From positions 1 through 42,815 of the IMG/VR virus record IMGVR_UViG_2630968533_000007: a stretch of DNA of 42,815 bases. One strand, given 5' to 3'. The stretch comes from a virus. Lineage: Duplodnaviria > Heunggongvirae > Uroviricota > Caudoviricetes. Positions 19,184 through 29,472 of the stretch are shown piece by piece. Position 1 is the stretch's first letter; each line of letters opens with the position of its first letter. The notes under the pieces were generated by a model that was given only the letters and a program-made list of their open reading frames with translations, was not told the origin of the DNA and made no database searches. Made by a program: the position numbers and the translations under genes.

Positions 19184-20389
19184 TTACGCCGCTGCAATCT
19201 TCAGCAGTTTGATGGCCTGCGAATCGACCAGCATCCCGCCGGTGCGCTTGGTGGTATAAAAACCGACAAACGGTTTATTGGTGTACGGGTCACGCAGAAT
19301 GCGGGTGCCGATACGGTCAACGATGGTGTAACCCCGTTTGAAGTTACCAAATGCAATGGCTTTCGCATCAGCGGCGATATCCGGCATCTGTTCGTTTTCA
19401 GCGATACCGTAACCCGCCAGAGAGGACGGCTGCCCCAGTTCCAGCCCCGGACGCCACAGATAGTTACCCTCGGTGTCTTTCAGCAGACGGATGGCAAACA
19501 GGCTGTTGTTGTTCATCATGAACTTCGCGCCAGTGCGGTGTGCCTTACGCAGCGTGTAAATCAGTTTGATAATGGCGTCTGCGGTCACCGCGGTCGCTTC
19601 GCCGGATACAATATGCTGAAGTTTGCCGAACGCCCGGACCTTGTCGGTTTCATCAGTGGATTCATACGCCAGGAACCCTTTCGGCTTCTTGGTGCCATCG
19701 CCTGAGGTAAAGGCAATTTCTTCCTGTTCGGCAAATTCGGTTGCCAGCTCGCTGTTGATCCAGGCCTCCACGTTGAAGAAGGCATCGTCCAGCATTTTCT
19801 GGGTAGCCTGCGGGTTGCCGTAAATTTCCCCCATGAGAGGTTCAATCAGCTCCAGTCTGGAGGTGGCAGTCTGGGATCGCGTATCCGTTTCCCCCACCCA
19901 TCCGGAAGCCGTACCGCCCAGATTCACCAGTTTTTTGTAGTCGGAACCGCCAACGGTGATCACCGTGGCTTCCTGACGCATCACCACTTCATCTTTCAGC
20001 AGGTTAAGAATGTTGCGATCCAGTTCTTCCGGCACGGCGTAGCCACCGTCTTCATCGGTACCCACCTGCAATGCCTTACGCTCCAGATCGCGCAGACCGT
20101 CTTCACGGCCTTTACGCAGGAAGCCCACAAACGCCTCTTTATGCTCGGTGGCCAGTTTATTTTGCGCTCCACCAGCCGGACGTTTCAGCTCAATCAGCTC
20201 TTTTTCAAGGTCGCTTTTGAGATTTTCCAGCTCGCTGAGTTTCCCGTTCAGGGTTTCCACCTGCCCGGCAAGTTTGCCTTTTTCCTGCTCAATCGCATCC
20301 ACGCGCTTGTCGTTCTTTGCCTTGAAGTCGTCAAACTTCTGCTGCAGCTCCTGCGCGACCTGTTCCACATCTTTAATATCAATCGCCAT
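19184..20389 (-). CDS. Major capsid protein, HK97 family
   Basis: 401 aa; N-terminal coiled-coil delta-like region then capsid core; follows the prohead protease. Confidence 0.88.
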   Translation of the reverse strand: MAIDIKDVEQVAQELQQKFDDFKAKNDKRVDAIEQEKGKLAGQVETLNGKLSELENLKSDLEKELIELKRPAGGAQNKLATEHKEAFVGFLRKGREDGLRDLERKALQVGTDEDGGYAVPEELDRNILNLLKDEVVMRQEATVITVGGSDYKKLVNLGGTASGWVGETDTRSQTATSRLELIEPLMGEIYGNPQATQKMLDDAFFNVEAWINSELATEFAEQEEIAFTSGDGTKKPKGFLAYESTDETDKVRAFGKLQHIVSGEATAVTADAIIKLIYTLRKAHRTGAKFMMNNNSLFAIRLLKDTEGNYLWRPGLELGQPSSLAGYGIAENEQMPDIAADAKAIAFGNFKRGYTIVDRIGTRILRDPYTNKPFVGFYTTKRTGGMLVDSQAIKLLKIAAA

Positions 20390-20403
20390 CGTATTTCTCC
20401 TGA

Positions 20404-21090
20404 TTAGAAGTTCAGATTTTTCAGTGCATTCAGTGCAGAGCCCACATCCTCAGCGTCGCGCAGGGACAGTGCGCCATAGCCCCCGGCCATGAATGCTTTG
20501 GCCTGGGTACGGGAGAGTCCGACATCACGCAGGACTCTTTCGATTTTTTTCTGTTCGGGGATTTCCCCGCGGGCCAGCGCGTTCTTGACGTCGCTGATCC
20601 GCGCCTCGTCGTTAGACGGAAACGTCACCAGACTGACTTCCCAGAGGTCGATTTCTTTCAACAGAAAGGCTTCTTTGCTCCGGTCGTATTCCCAGTCTTT
20701 CAGGACGTACCCAATAGAAAGGCCGGTTAACGAACCGGCCTTCATGTGTGCATGTGCGCGTTTTGCGAGGGGATCATCATCAATAAGCAACCGTCCCCTG
20801 ACGTAAAGTCCGACATCGTCTTCCTTCATTTCAGTGTAAACACCGATGGGTTCATCCATGCGGTGCTGCCAGAGCAGCGCAGGTAACGCTTTTCTGTCAC
20901 TCCACGCCCGCAGGGAAGCAGCAAATGCCCCGGACATCACCACATCATCGTGGCTGTCCTTTACACCAAAGACGGAGCCATACCCTTCAAACTCACCGGA
21001 GTCACTGACAGATTTCAGACTCAGCGGTACATCAAGACGTTGTTTCGTCTGCATTGGCGTTATCCTTCTGCTTACCGGCTTTACTGCCAT
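20404..21090 (-). CDS. Prohead protease, HK97 family
   Basis: 228 aa between portal and capsid genes. Confidence 0.8.
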   Translation of the reverse strand: MAVKPVSRRITPMQTKQRLDVPLSLKSVSDSGEFEGYGSVFGVKDSHDDVVMSGAFAASLRAWSDRKALPALLWQHRMDEPIGVYTEMKEDDVGLYVRGRLLIDDDPLAKRAHAHMKAGSLTGLSIGYVLKDWEYDRSKEAFLLKEIDLWEVSLVTFPSNDEARISDVKNALARGEIPEQKKIERVLRDVGLSRTQAKAFMAGGYGALSLRDAEDVGSALNALKNLNF

Positions 21091-22273
21091 CGGAGGGTTT
21101 CGTGGTCATGTTCATCGGTGTGAGATAGACATCCCCACCGGGACGCGGATTCATATCTTCCAGGTCGCGGCAGTCATTGGGAGAGTAAATTCCCCAGTTA
21201 ATCCCGGTGGCGTAGGCTTCAAAACGGGACTTCATATCCCCGCGCAGTAACGCCCCGGCGTTAAATTTGGCGTAATAAACGCCCTGCTTACTTTTTCGTA
21301 CCAGTCCGGTGTTGATCCGCTGCTCAATGCGGGTCAGATACGGCACCAGTGAATAGTTGATAAATCCCAGCCCCAGTTCTTCGATATTGTTGAAGGTGGC
21401 ACGATCGGTGTTCTGCACCATGTGCAATGGCACACGGAACAGACGACAGATTTCTTCAAGCTGAAACTTGCGGGTTTCCAGGAACTGGCTGTCCTCGGCG
21501 TTCAGCGCCATCGACTTCCAGTCCAGCCCCATCTCAAGGATCATCGGGCGGTGAGCATTGCCAAGCCCGGTGTGACGCTCCTCAAAATCTTTCTTCAGGC
21601 GCTCATAAGCCTGATCTGACAGCGTCTGCTCTGTACGCAACACACCCGACGTCACCGCGCCATTGCTGAACAGTCTGGCCCCGTGCTCTTCGGTCGCAGC
21701 TGCCAGCGATATTGCCTCGCGGGCATAGGCGACGGGATTCAGCCCCACCAGTCCGTCCAGCGTCAGCGTACGCACATGCCAGATATCCTCCTGGCTCAGT
21801 ACATCCGTGGAGCCATCCGGGAATGTGACCTGATAGATCGGCTCCCAGCTACTGTTAAGCTTCGGTACCACACAGCCGGGATCGACGGGCAGCAGTTCAG
21901 CCACTTCGCCAAATGCTTTCACTTTGTAGGCGTAAAAGTTTCCCCGCAGGCACAGACAGGTGACCACCAGCTCCCAGAACTCCTGCGGCGTCATATAGCC
22001 ATTGGGATGCGTGGAGATCAGCTTATGCAGACGTTCGCCAGTGGCTCTCTGCTTCAGGCTGCCGTTCAGGTGATACAGGTTGCAGGGCAACATCCCGACC
22101 GACTCCGCCAGCACCCTGACGCAGGAAAAAACCGCCGTCAGTCGCATGGCCCTCTGGCTGCTGATCTGCTTTCCGGTATAGGTGTCGTATGACAGCCCGA
22201 TAGCATCCGCCAGCTCTGCTGGCGTGGTCACCGGTGCGTCACTTTTTCGTTGAAATAATCCCGAAAAGAACAC
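21032..22273 (-). CDS. Portal protein, HK97 family
   Basis: 413 aa downstream of terminase. Confidence 0.88.
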   Translation of the reverse strand: MFFSGLFQRKSDAPVTTPAELADAIGLSYDTYTGKQISSQRAMRLTAVFSCVRVLAESVGMLPCNLYHLNGSLKQRATGERLHKLISTHPNGYMTPQEFWELVVTCLCLRGNFYAYKVKAFGEVAELLPVDPGCVVPKLNSSWEPIYQVTFPDGSTDVLSQEDIWHVRTLTLDGLVGLNPVAYAREAISLAAATEEHGARLFSNGAVTSGVLRTEQTLSDQAYERLKKDFEERHTGLGNAHRPMILEMGLDWKSMALNAEDSQFLETRKFQLEEICRLFRVPLHMVQNTDRATFNNIEELGLGFINYSLVPYLTRIEQRINTGLVRKSKQGVYYAKFNAGALLRGDMKSRFEAYATGINWGIYSPNDCRDLEDMNPRPGGDVYLTPMNMTTKPSDGSKAGKQKDNANADETTS

Positions 22274-22455
22274 TATTTACCTCCACCAACAGACATCTGT
22301 GTACGGTCGAGATATCGCGCCACCAGCCACGACCAGAACAGGCACAACGCCCCGGCAACAACAAACCCCGCAGGGGGATAAATCAGCCAGGCACCATACG
22401 CCAGCAAAAGCACCCCCAGCACGCCCACCAGAGGCGCGAGAATCAGCATGATCAT
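22273..22455 (-). CDS. Small hydrophobic protein between terminase and portal
   Basis: 60 aa with two predicted membrane helices; stop overlaps the portal start. Confidence 0.35.
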   Translation of the reverse strand: MIMLILAPLVGVLGVLLLAYGAWLIYPPAGFVVAGALCLFWSWLVARYLDRTQMSVGGGK

Positions 22456-22466
22456 AATTACCTCAG

Positions 22467-24200
22467 TTAAAGCGAGCGGATCCCGTAGGACTCAATGTGA
22501 TCAGACAGCGTGTCTTCTTTCTCGTACAGCATGGCTCTGCCAACCGCCATAATCAGCGCAACTGCACCATCGATTTTGTTTTCCGCCTGCTCTTTGACGG
22601 GCTTCACCACATCATCGTTACCCGGAATGGTTTTGCCGACCACGTTGCCGATACACCAGGTCATGATGGGATTGCCATCATGATGAAAGCGCCCCGATTC
22701 AATTGCCGCTTCCAGCTCTTTCATCGGGTCGGACATGTTGGTGTAGTTCTGAATGATGGTGATGGGATTCAGGTCTTCATCAGCAAGGTCATGTGACAGC
22801 CCGGTCGCCCCGAAGGGGTCGATGGGTGACTCGCTGACCGGGCTGATTTTGTTCGCCGCTTTGGCCTCTTCGAGGATGTAGCGATAATCCACCTCTGCAC
22901 CATCGGTAACGGTCAGGACGCCCATTTCCACCCATTTCTGAAAGCGTTCGGCTGTCCGGCGATCTTCATTTTTCTCGACGCTGTACACCGTGTCATACGG
23001 TACCCAGAAACGCGGGGCCACACTGTAGTAATGCGTTTTACCGTCAATCTCGCGGGTATAAAGTCGCGCCATGCTGTTCATATCCAGTTTACGCGCCAGG
23101 TCAAAGGCCAGAATGCACGGCTGCCCCTCGAATTGCTCAAGAGTCAGTGATTTATCCTCGCAGCTCTGCCAGCTCACCAGGTTGAAATACGCCGAACGCG
23201 CCGACACCCAGATATTGAGGTGTTTTGTTTTAAAGACGTTTGCCAGACGGGCGTTATTTTTCGCACGCTGTTGCTGACTTAACAAAAACTCACGGTAAAC
23301 CGACACCCCGATATTCGGGTTGGCTTTTTCCAGCACCTGTGGGTTGGTCCAGTCGTCACCTTCGTCAACGGTATAGATGATCCCGAACAGTTCATCGTTG
23401 GGTACCGAACCGTTGAGCATCTCGATAACTTCCCGCCGTTTGTCGTAGCACGGCCCCTCAATGTTGTACCCGGCAGTAGTAATGGCCCACATCAGTGGCT
23501 GACGTCGCGCCCCCATCCCGGTAAGCATCGTGGTGTAAAGCGCATCGGTGGCGTGCTCGTGATATTCATCCACCACCGCACAGTGGGGTGATGATCCATC
23601 ACCGGGGTTACCGATCAGCGGTTCAAACCGCGCGCCATCCTCCGGACGGTTCATGTTTGAGGCGTTAACCTCAATCCCGAACGCTTCCGTCAGCATGGGT
23701 GTGCGTTTACACATCAGTCGCGCCGGGCGAAAGACTTCCCACGCCTGTTTCTCTGTCGTGGCACCGGAATACACTTCCGCGCCAAACTCGTTATCACAGG
23801 CAAAACAATACAGGGCGACACCGGCAGAGATTGCCGATTTGCCGTTCTTACGGGGGATTTCGGTATACACCTCACGGAAGCGGCGCAGCCGGGAGCCTTT
23901 ATTGACCCAGCCAAACGCGCAGCAGATCACAAAGAGCTGCCACGGCTCCAGCGTGATGGGCATCCTCTTAAATGCCCACTCACCCTTGGTGTGCGGCAAC
24001 AGCTGAATAAATTTGGCGGCCCGTTCAGCCAGGTCCTTGTCGAAGCGGTAACGAAACGACTTACTTTTTTCCGCCATCAGGTCATCAAGATGGCGCTGGC
24101 AGGCCTGAATCACAAACTGGCAGGCCACAATCTTTCCCCGCACGACATCACGGGCATACTGATTGGCAGCATTTACGTTGGGGTAAGATTTCCGGCTCAT
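22467..24200 (-). CDS. Terminase large subunit
   Basis: 577 aa; ATPase and nuclease layout; follows the small subunit. Confidence 0.9.
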   Translation of the reverse strand: MSRKSYPNVNAANQYARDVVRGKIVACQFVIQACQRHLDDLMAEKSKSFRYRFDKDLAERAAKFIQLLPHTKGEWAFKRMPITLEPWQLFVICCAFGWVNKGSRLRRFREVYTEIPRKNGKSAISAGVALYCFACDNEFGAEVYSGATTEKQAWEVFRPARLMCKRTPMLTEAFGIEVNASNMNRPEDGARFEPLIGNPGDGSSPHCAVVDEYHEHATDALYTTMLTGMGARRQPLMWAITTAGYNIEGPCYDKRREVIEMLNGSVPNDELFGIIYTVDEGDDWTNPQVLEKANPNIGVSVYREFLLSQQQRAKNNARLANVFKTKHLNIWVSARSAYFNLVSWQSCEDKSLTLEQFEGQPCILAFDLARKLDMNSMARLYTREIDGKTHYYSVAPRFWVPYDTVYSVEKNEDRRTAERFQKWVEMGVLTVTDGAEVDYRYILEEAKAANKISPVSESPIDPFGATGLSHDLADEDLNPITIIQNYTNMSDPMKELEAAIESGRFHHDGNPIMTWCIGNVVGKTIPGNDDVVKPVKEQAENKIDGAVALIMAVGRAMLYEKEDTLSDHIESYGIRSL

Positions 24201-24691
24201 GATTCGATGATTTTCAGAAACGGGTTAGTGGCTTTCTTCTGCCCCGCCAGGCCTATCAGACGCTGGCGGCTGCTGGGGTCGAGTCCGAGCATTGCCCCCG
24301 TGCTGCTCATCTCGGACTCCTGTTCTTTCTTGGCGGTCAGCTCCGGGTTTTTGACCCTGCCGCCCATTGCGCCGGTGATGGTGTTGCCCTGGCTGGCAAT
24401 ATTTTTCACGGCACGTCGCCAGAACTCATAGGCCACGCACCACCGCTCAAGTACCGCCAGGTCAGTCACGCACAGCAGGCCCTGACCGCAGAGTTCTTTG
24501 GTTGTCAGTTGCCACATGATCGTGGCGAGAGGGAGATCTTCTTCTGCGAACCACTCCGGTGGCTCAACACCTTTGATGGGCGTAAAAACAGGTTCATCTT
24601 TGTTCAGGGCTCGCTTGCCGGGGTTTCCGGCCAGCGCCTTGCGCGCCGTTGGCTTGGGGCGACGCCCGGAACGCCCCGCCGTTCCAGCCAT
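24197..24691 (-). CDS. Terminase small subunit (P27-like)
   Basis: AGGAG site 8 nt before the ATG at 24691; stop overlaps the large-subunit start. Confidence 0.75.
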   Translation of the reverse strand: MAGTAGRSGRRPKPTARKALAGNPGKRALNKDEPVFTPIKGVEPPEWFAEEDLPLATIMWQLTTKELCGQGLLCVTDLAVLERWCVAYEFWRRAVKNIASQGNTITGAMGGRVKNPELTAKKEQESEMSSTGAMLGLDPSSRQRLIGLAGQKKATNPFLKIIES

Positions 24692-24817
24692 ATGCGGCAC
24701 TCCTGGTTAAATTTCATTTTTCGCGGGTATAAAAAAACGATGGGGCGGGCAGTCCGGAAGACGTCAGGTCACAGGGATTTGACCCGCCCCTCCCCCACAG
24801 ACAGTTGAGAATTATTA

Positions 24818-25168
24818 TCACTTTAACCGTTCACGGGCCGTCTTCGCCTTATGGCAGGGCCAGCACAGACTCTGCAGATTACTGTCGGCATCAGTGCCGC
24901 CATGCGCTTTAGGAACGATGTGGTCAACGGTTTTCGCCTCACGCACCACACCAGCATGCAGACATGACTGACATAAACCTTTGTCACGCTTCAGGACGCG
25001 CTCGCGGATACCGTCCCACTTCGAACCATAACCGCGCTGATGACGGGACTGGCCCGGCTTGTATTGCTTCCAGCCTTCGCCTTTGTGGCTTTCGCAATAG
25101 CCTGACGGGTCTGTGGTTGTAGAGCGGCAGCCGCGAACACGGCAGGCTTTTGGGATTCGTGGTGGCAT
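24818..25168 (-). CDS. HNH endonuclease (terminase-associated)
   Basis: Cys pairs and HIVP...H...N...CWPCH motif; AGAGGA site before the ATG at 25168. Confidence 0.85.
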   Translation of the reverse strand: MPPRIPKACRVRGCRSTTTDPSGYCESHKGEGWKQYKPGQSRHQRGYGSKWDGIRERVLKRDKGLCQSCLHAGVVREAKTVDHIVPKAHGGTDADSNLQSLCWPCHKAKTARERLK

Positions 25169-25318
25169 TGCATAATCCTCTTGGATGGTTCGCGTGCGAT
25201 ACGTGGCATCCTTCTCAGAATCGAATCGCACTCCACTCCGGTTTTGCCATAAACGATCTTTTATGCTTCGCTGGATGTAGTTGATAGTTGTTGAAACTCA
25301 ATGAACAGGAGTTCACAA

Positions 25319-25654
25319 ATGAATAGTTATGAATGGGAATGGCTTTTAAACAAAGATGACACCCTATGCTTTTTCCCCGTAGGCCATTCTGTAGAAGGTA
25401 ATTACAAAATTCACTTTGAGTTGAGCGGTAGTTGTAACCTTAGAGTCTCAGATGCTGAATGGCATGGTAAACCTGTACTGCTGTTCGAATACTTCGATGA
25501 AGATGATGACCGCCCTGCAATAATCGAAATATTAGAAACAACTACTACAACTGTGGAGGCGATGATCGGGCATCTGAATAGTATCGATAGTATTTACCAT
25601 GAACCGATTTACAAAGCGGTTTACGAGTGGGCCGTAAAGTTTTTCTATCGATGA
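25319..25654 (+). CDS. Hypothetical acidic protein, first gene of an AT-rich cargo cassette
   Basis: AGGAG site 7 nt before the ATG at 25319; opposite strand to all flanking phage genes. Confidence 0.5.
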   Translation: MNSYEWEWLLNKDDTLCFFPVGHSVEGNYKIHFELSGSCNLRVSDAEWHGKPVLLFEYFDEDDDRPAIIEILETTTTTVEAMIGHLNSIDSIYHEPIYKAVYEWAVKFFYR

Positions 25655-25697
25655 TACTTCGTTATCTTGCTGGCATTCACAATACCTTTACATACTA

Positions 25698-26324
25698 ATG
25701 ACATGCCAGCACAATACTGTCACTTACAACCGTTCGGATTACCTAGAGAAAAGTATGATTCAGGATTTACTGATCGAAGCAATTAGTCACGATAGGATGC
25801 ATAAAAAGTTAAATGAACTGAATTGCTACTTCTACAATCGCAAACATGAAACTCAAATACGTGATGAGTTAGTTGTTATTCTCAATCAAATCAGCACACT
25901 AACTGCTTTAAGTGAGCATCCAAAACTCGGTATCGGCGCTGTTGACATATCACTTTATAACCAGTCGATATTAACGTCTGAACATAATGGCAATGTTGCA
26001 ACCATCGAGATCAAACACCATTACCCAAAGGATTTACTTTATCGGCAAGTTCAAGAAGACATCATTTCCGATATTTCAAGAGTAATAGTTTCACCAACTA
26101 CACATTTTATCCATATAATCCAGCAAAGAACTATGATTAATACTCCTTCTTTTGGCCAAGTGAAATTCCTTGAACGTGATGCAAGTGATATCAGCACTTA
26201 TGTGCAATGCCTTGAAGAGCTAAGTTCCTTCCCCAGTATCTTTCATAAAAAAAGTATATGTATTGAGGTACTTGGTGAAATTATGTCGACATATACCTTT
26301 AACGTATATTCATTTGACAACTGA
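25698..26324 (+). CDS. Hypothetical protein, second gene of the AT-rich cargo cassette; possible PD-(D/E)xK-like motif
   Basis: 208-aa ORF (alternative ATG at 25755); segment GIGAVDISLY...VATIEIKHHY resembles a D...ExK arrangement. Confidence 0.45.
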   Translation: MTCQHNTVTYNRSDYLEKSMIQDLLIEAISHDRMHKKLNELNCYFYNRKHETQIRDELVVILNQISTLTALSEHPKLGIGAVDISLYNQSILTSEHNGNVATIEIKHHYPKDLLYRQVQEDIISDISRVIVSPTTHFIHIIQQRTMINTPSFGQVKFLERDASDISTYVQCLEELSSFPSIFHKKSICIEVLGEIMSTYTFNVYSFDN

Positions 26325-26345
26325 TTAATTTGACAATTTTATTGC

Positions 26346-26603
26346 TTAATGGTTAGTTCTCTCTGCATCTATTTTACGAATATCAGCTTTATCCCGATTG
26401 CAGTTAGCCAGTGCAGACAACAGACTCACATTCAGCTCCAGGCTGGCACCATAAGTCAGAGGATTTGGTATGAACGGTACAGGTGTTTCAGAAGTCAGAC
26501 TAGTCGGTAATGTTGTAGCCGGAGTGCTCACGTAAACTGTCCGCGTACTTCCGCAACCGCTCAGCAGCGGCAGCAGGCACAAGGCGTGCAGCACAACCAT
26601 CAT
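26346..26603 (-). CDS. Rz1-like outer-membrane spanin (lipoprotein)
   Basis: MMVVLHALCLLPLLSGC lipobox signal; overlaps the 3' end of Rz in another frame. Confidence 0.6.
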   Translation of the reverse strand: MMVVLHALCLLPLLSGCGSTRTVYVSTPATTLPTSLTSETPVPFIPNPLTYGASLELNVSLLSALANCNRDKADIRKIDAERTNH

Positions 26604-26880
26604 CCGCAACAGCCACTTTGATATCTTTCTGGGTTCTCTGTGACTCCAGTGCGATCTGCTGTTTTGCATGCTGGTTAACCTCTATAACTGTATTGACGAT
26701 TTGCAGTGATTGCAGGACGTTACGGGTAATGGCTGTTGCAGATTCAGCATTTTGTACAGCCTCATCAGCACGTTTCTTTTCGTGCTGATATTTGCTGTAG
26801 TAGTGGTTGGCAGACCAGATGAAAGAACCGATGACAGTAAAGAAGAATGCAGCGATAACCAGCTTATAGCTCAACTTCAT
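26500..26880 (-). CDS. Rz-like inner-membrane spanin
   Basis: N-terminal membrane helix then coiled-coil region; follows the endolysin. Confidence 0.7.
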   Translation of the reverse strand: MKLSYKLVIAAFFFTVIGSFIWSANHYYSKYQHEKKRADEAVQNAESATAITRNVLQSLQIVNTVIEVNQHAKQQIALESQRTQKDIKVAVADDGCAARLVPAAAAERLRKYADSLREHSGYNITD

Positions 26881-27340
26881 TTACCACCCCACCAGCCTCT
26901 TTAAATCGGGCAATCAGGTCACCGATTTTATGTTCATACTGACCGTAACCTGCACCAGGTAACGACGCCCAGATATTGCTGCAACGGTCGATAGCCTGAC
27001 GAATATCACCGCGATCAATCATCGGTAAAGCGCCACGCTCTTTAATCTGCTGCAATGCCACTGCGTCCTGGCTTTTGGGGGAGAAGTCTTTCAAACCAAG
27101 CTGTTTACGGTAAGCATCCCACCAGCGTGAAAGAAGCTGATAACGCCCGGCGGCTGTTGATTTGAGTTTTGGGTTTAGCGTGACAAGTTTGCGAGGGTGA
27201 TCGGAGTAATCAGTGAAGAGTTCACCACCGACAATAACGTCATAACCGTGGTTACGTGTCGGTTGTCGTCCGTTATCCGTTCCTTCTGACCAAGCCACCA
27301 TATCAAGGAAAGCTTTACGCTGGGAATTTAGTACCTGCAT
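26864..27340 (-). CDS. R: Endolysin, lambda R-type lytic transglycosylase
   Basis: ...NQRKAFLDMVAWSEGTDNGRQPTRNHGYDVIVGGELFTDYSDHPRKLV... is nearly identical to lambda R. Confidence 0.92.
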   Translation of the reverse strand: MQVLNSQRKAFLDMVAWSEGTDNGRQPTRNHGYDVIVGGELFTDYSDHPRKLVTLNPKLKSTAAGRYQLLSRWWDAYRKQLGLKDFSPKSQDAVALQQIKERGALPMIDRGDIRQAIDRCSNIWASLPGAGYGQYEHKIGDLIARFKEAGGVVNEVEL

Positions 27341-27343
27341 AAA

Positions 27344-27670
27344 TTACTCCTTAGAGCCACCAAATTTGTTACCGATTACTCGCATTGCAGCCCCACGAAT
27401 AGCATCGACACCGATCAGCCCCACCCCACCACCAATGGCAACAGAAAGTGATTTAGGCCATCCGACATACTCAAGAGCGGATGCAAAAGTCAGCGTCAGA
27501 GCGCCACAGAGTAGAATTTCGAGCGTTTTTCGCTTCCAGCCACCACCACCGCCAAAATAGGCGATGCGCAAACCAGCCATAACGATCGACATAATCACTG
27601 CACCCAGCGGTGTGTCTCCACGCCACCAGCTCTGGACCAAGTCCAGCCAGGTATTTGGGTTATGAGGCAT
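27344..27670 (-). CDS. Putative holin
   Basis: Membrane helices and charged C-terminus directly upstream of the endolysin; GAGGTGAGAG site before the ATG at 27670. Confidence 0.65.
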   Translation of the reverse strand: MPHNPNTWLDLVQSWWRGDTPLGAVIMSIVMAGLRIAYFGGGGGWKRKTLEILLCGALTLTFASALEYVGWPKSLSVAIGGGVGLIGVDAIRGAAMRVIGNKFGGSKE

Positions 27671-27712
27671 TTCGTCATCTCTCACCTCGCGATATTTGCG
27701 GGTGCTGTGTTG

Positions 27713-27739
27713 GAAATAAAAAGGCCACGCAACGTGGCC
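27713..27739 (-). terminator. Intrinsic terminator between the methyltransferase gene and the holin
   Basis: 7-bp GC stem ggccacg/cgtggcc with a 3-nt loop, followed on the minus strand by a T-run. Confidence 0.6.
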
Positions 27740-27746
27740 ACCAGAA

Positions 27747-28799
27747 TTATTTCCCCACCAGTTCACTTACCTCTTTCACCGTCTGATTAAACCGCTCTGA
27801 CTCAAGTTCAACACCTAACGCCCGACGTCCCAGCGCCATTGCTGCTTTTATTGTGGAACCGGATCCCATAAAAAAATCAGCAACCAGATCACCTGGTCGA
27901 CTACTGGCATTGATTATTTGCCGGAGCATATCCGCAGGCTTCTCACACGGATGTTTACCCGGGTAGAACTGAACGGGTTTATGCGTCCAGACGTCGGTAT
28001 AAGGCACGGAAACTGATACGGAGAAATAGCGCCGGAGAGTTTTAAACTCATCCAGCAATTCAGAATATTTGCGATTCAGTGAATCATAAGATGCCACCAG
28101 CTGGTGGTGTGGTTGTTCCAGTTGTTGTTCCTGAAACTTCTCTGCCGCTATACGGGAAAACAGTGCCTGTAACTTCCGATAGTCAGCCTCATTCGGCAAC
28201 TGCCACTGACTGGCACCAAACCAGTGGGAAACCATATTTTTCTTACCTGTGGCTTCGGCAATTTGTTTTGCCGTTATACCCAGTTCGGCACGAGCATCCC
28301 TGAAATACGATATCAGCGGTGCCATTATGTGCTGTTTGAGTTCCCTTTCTTTTGCCGCATAGCCGTCACTTTTGCCGCGATATGGCCCCTGGTAATGTTC
28401 AGCAAACAGAACGCGCTCTGTGGCAGGAAAATATGCGCGCAGACTTTCTTTATTACACCCATTCCAACGTCCGGACGGCTTCGCCCAGATGATATTGTTA
28501 AGCACGTTGAAACGTTCACGCATCATGATCTCAATATCAGATGCCAGGCGATGCCCACAGAACAGGTAAAGGCTTCCGGCAGGTTTCAACACCCGCCAGA
28601 ACTGGGCCAGACAGTGGTCCAGCCACTTAAGGTAATCTTCGTCCCCTTTCCACTGATTGTCCCAACCGTTGGGTTTCACCTTGAAGTAAGGCGGATCGGT
28701 AACAATCAGGTCAATGGAATCATCAGGCAGGGACTGAATAAAATGCAGGCAATCAGCGTTGATTAAATCAACACTGTTTATTTTTACAGTATTTTTCAT
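27747..28799 (-). CDS. DNA methyltransferase (N6-adenine/N4-cytosine, beta class), orphan
   Basis: DPPY motif near the N-terminus and FMGSGST AdoMet motif near the C-terminus; no adjacent restriction gene. Confidence 0.8.
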   Translation of the reverse strand: MKNTVKINSVDLINADCLHFIQSLPDDSIDLIVTDPPYFKVKPNGWDNQWKGDEDYLKWLDHCLAQFWRVLKPAGSLYLFCGHRLASDIEIMMRERFNVLNNIIWAKPSGRWNGCNKESLRAYFPATERVLFAEHYQGPYRGKSDGYAAKERELKQHIMAPLISYFRDARAELGITAKQIAEATGKKNMVSHWFGASQWQLPNEADYRKLQALFSRIAAEKFQEQQLEQPHHQLVASYDSLNRKYSELLDEFKTLRRYFSVSVSVPYTDVWTHKPVQFYPGKHPCEKPADMLRQIINASSRPGDLVADFFMGSGSTIKAAMALGRRALGVELESERFNQTVKEVSELVGK

Positions 28800-28949
28800 G
28801 GATCAGTAAGCGTAACTCTGGTAGGCTCACTCTGCTTTTGCGCTAAAGCAGTGGGCCGTGGTTCGCTTGTGACCAGTAGGCATGAGCGAATGGCTGGCAG
28901 GTGCTACCAACACCCACCAGCCGCCCATTTTCACAGCAGGAAACCGCCA

Positions 28950-29153
28950 TTACTGGCAGCGTCTGAATTTATTCCCGTACCCGCCGTTATCCTTCGCCAG
29001 ACCCGCCAGAACTAACTGAGTCAGTATTAACTGGCACCGGGCTTCGCTTACTCCGGTAGTTCTCGTCATCATGCGTGGCGTTACCCACTTGTCAGCAGGT
29101 AAGAAATGAAGGACTGCGGCGGCGGTTTCTGTCATATCTTGCTGTTTTAGCAT
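28950..29153 (-). CDS. Small hypothetical protein at the start of the late operon
   Basis: AGGGA site before the second ATG at 29153; possible helix-turn-helix segment. Confidence 0.35.
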   Translation of the reverse strand: MLKQQDMTETAAAVLHFLPADKWVTPRMMTRTTGVSEARCQLILTQLVLAGLAKDNGGYGNKFRRCQ

Positions 29154-29275
29154 GTCTTTTTCCCTTCTGGTTAACATGACATACCAATAACTCTTGTCTA
29201 AAAAGCCAGCAAGATAAAAAGTCAGTATTCACGACCACCAGCGTGTTTACTGTGCTGCACCAAGTTTACAGGTAC

Positions 29276-29293
29276 AAAAAAACCGCTCAGCGG
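29276..29293 (-). terminator. Weak intrinsic terminator (possible tR'-like site of a short late leader)
   Basis: Stem ccgc/gcgg followed on the minus strand by a run of 7 T. Confidence 0.3.
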
Positions 29294-29472
29294 CGGGTTT
29301 AAGTTGTGTGGCGAAGTAACCACTCTTAACACAGTAATCTAGAAAATGCGGACCGCGTTAGTGATTTTTATCTGTTTTTCCATTATTTTTTTGCCACACA
29401 GCTTAAAACGAAAAATAAAGCAGGCGTTGCCAAACCTCACGGTGACAGTTGGCTTAGAATGAGGACATATTT

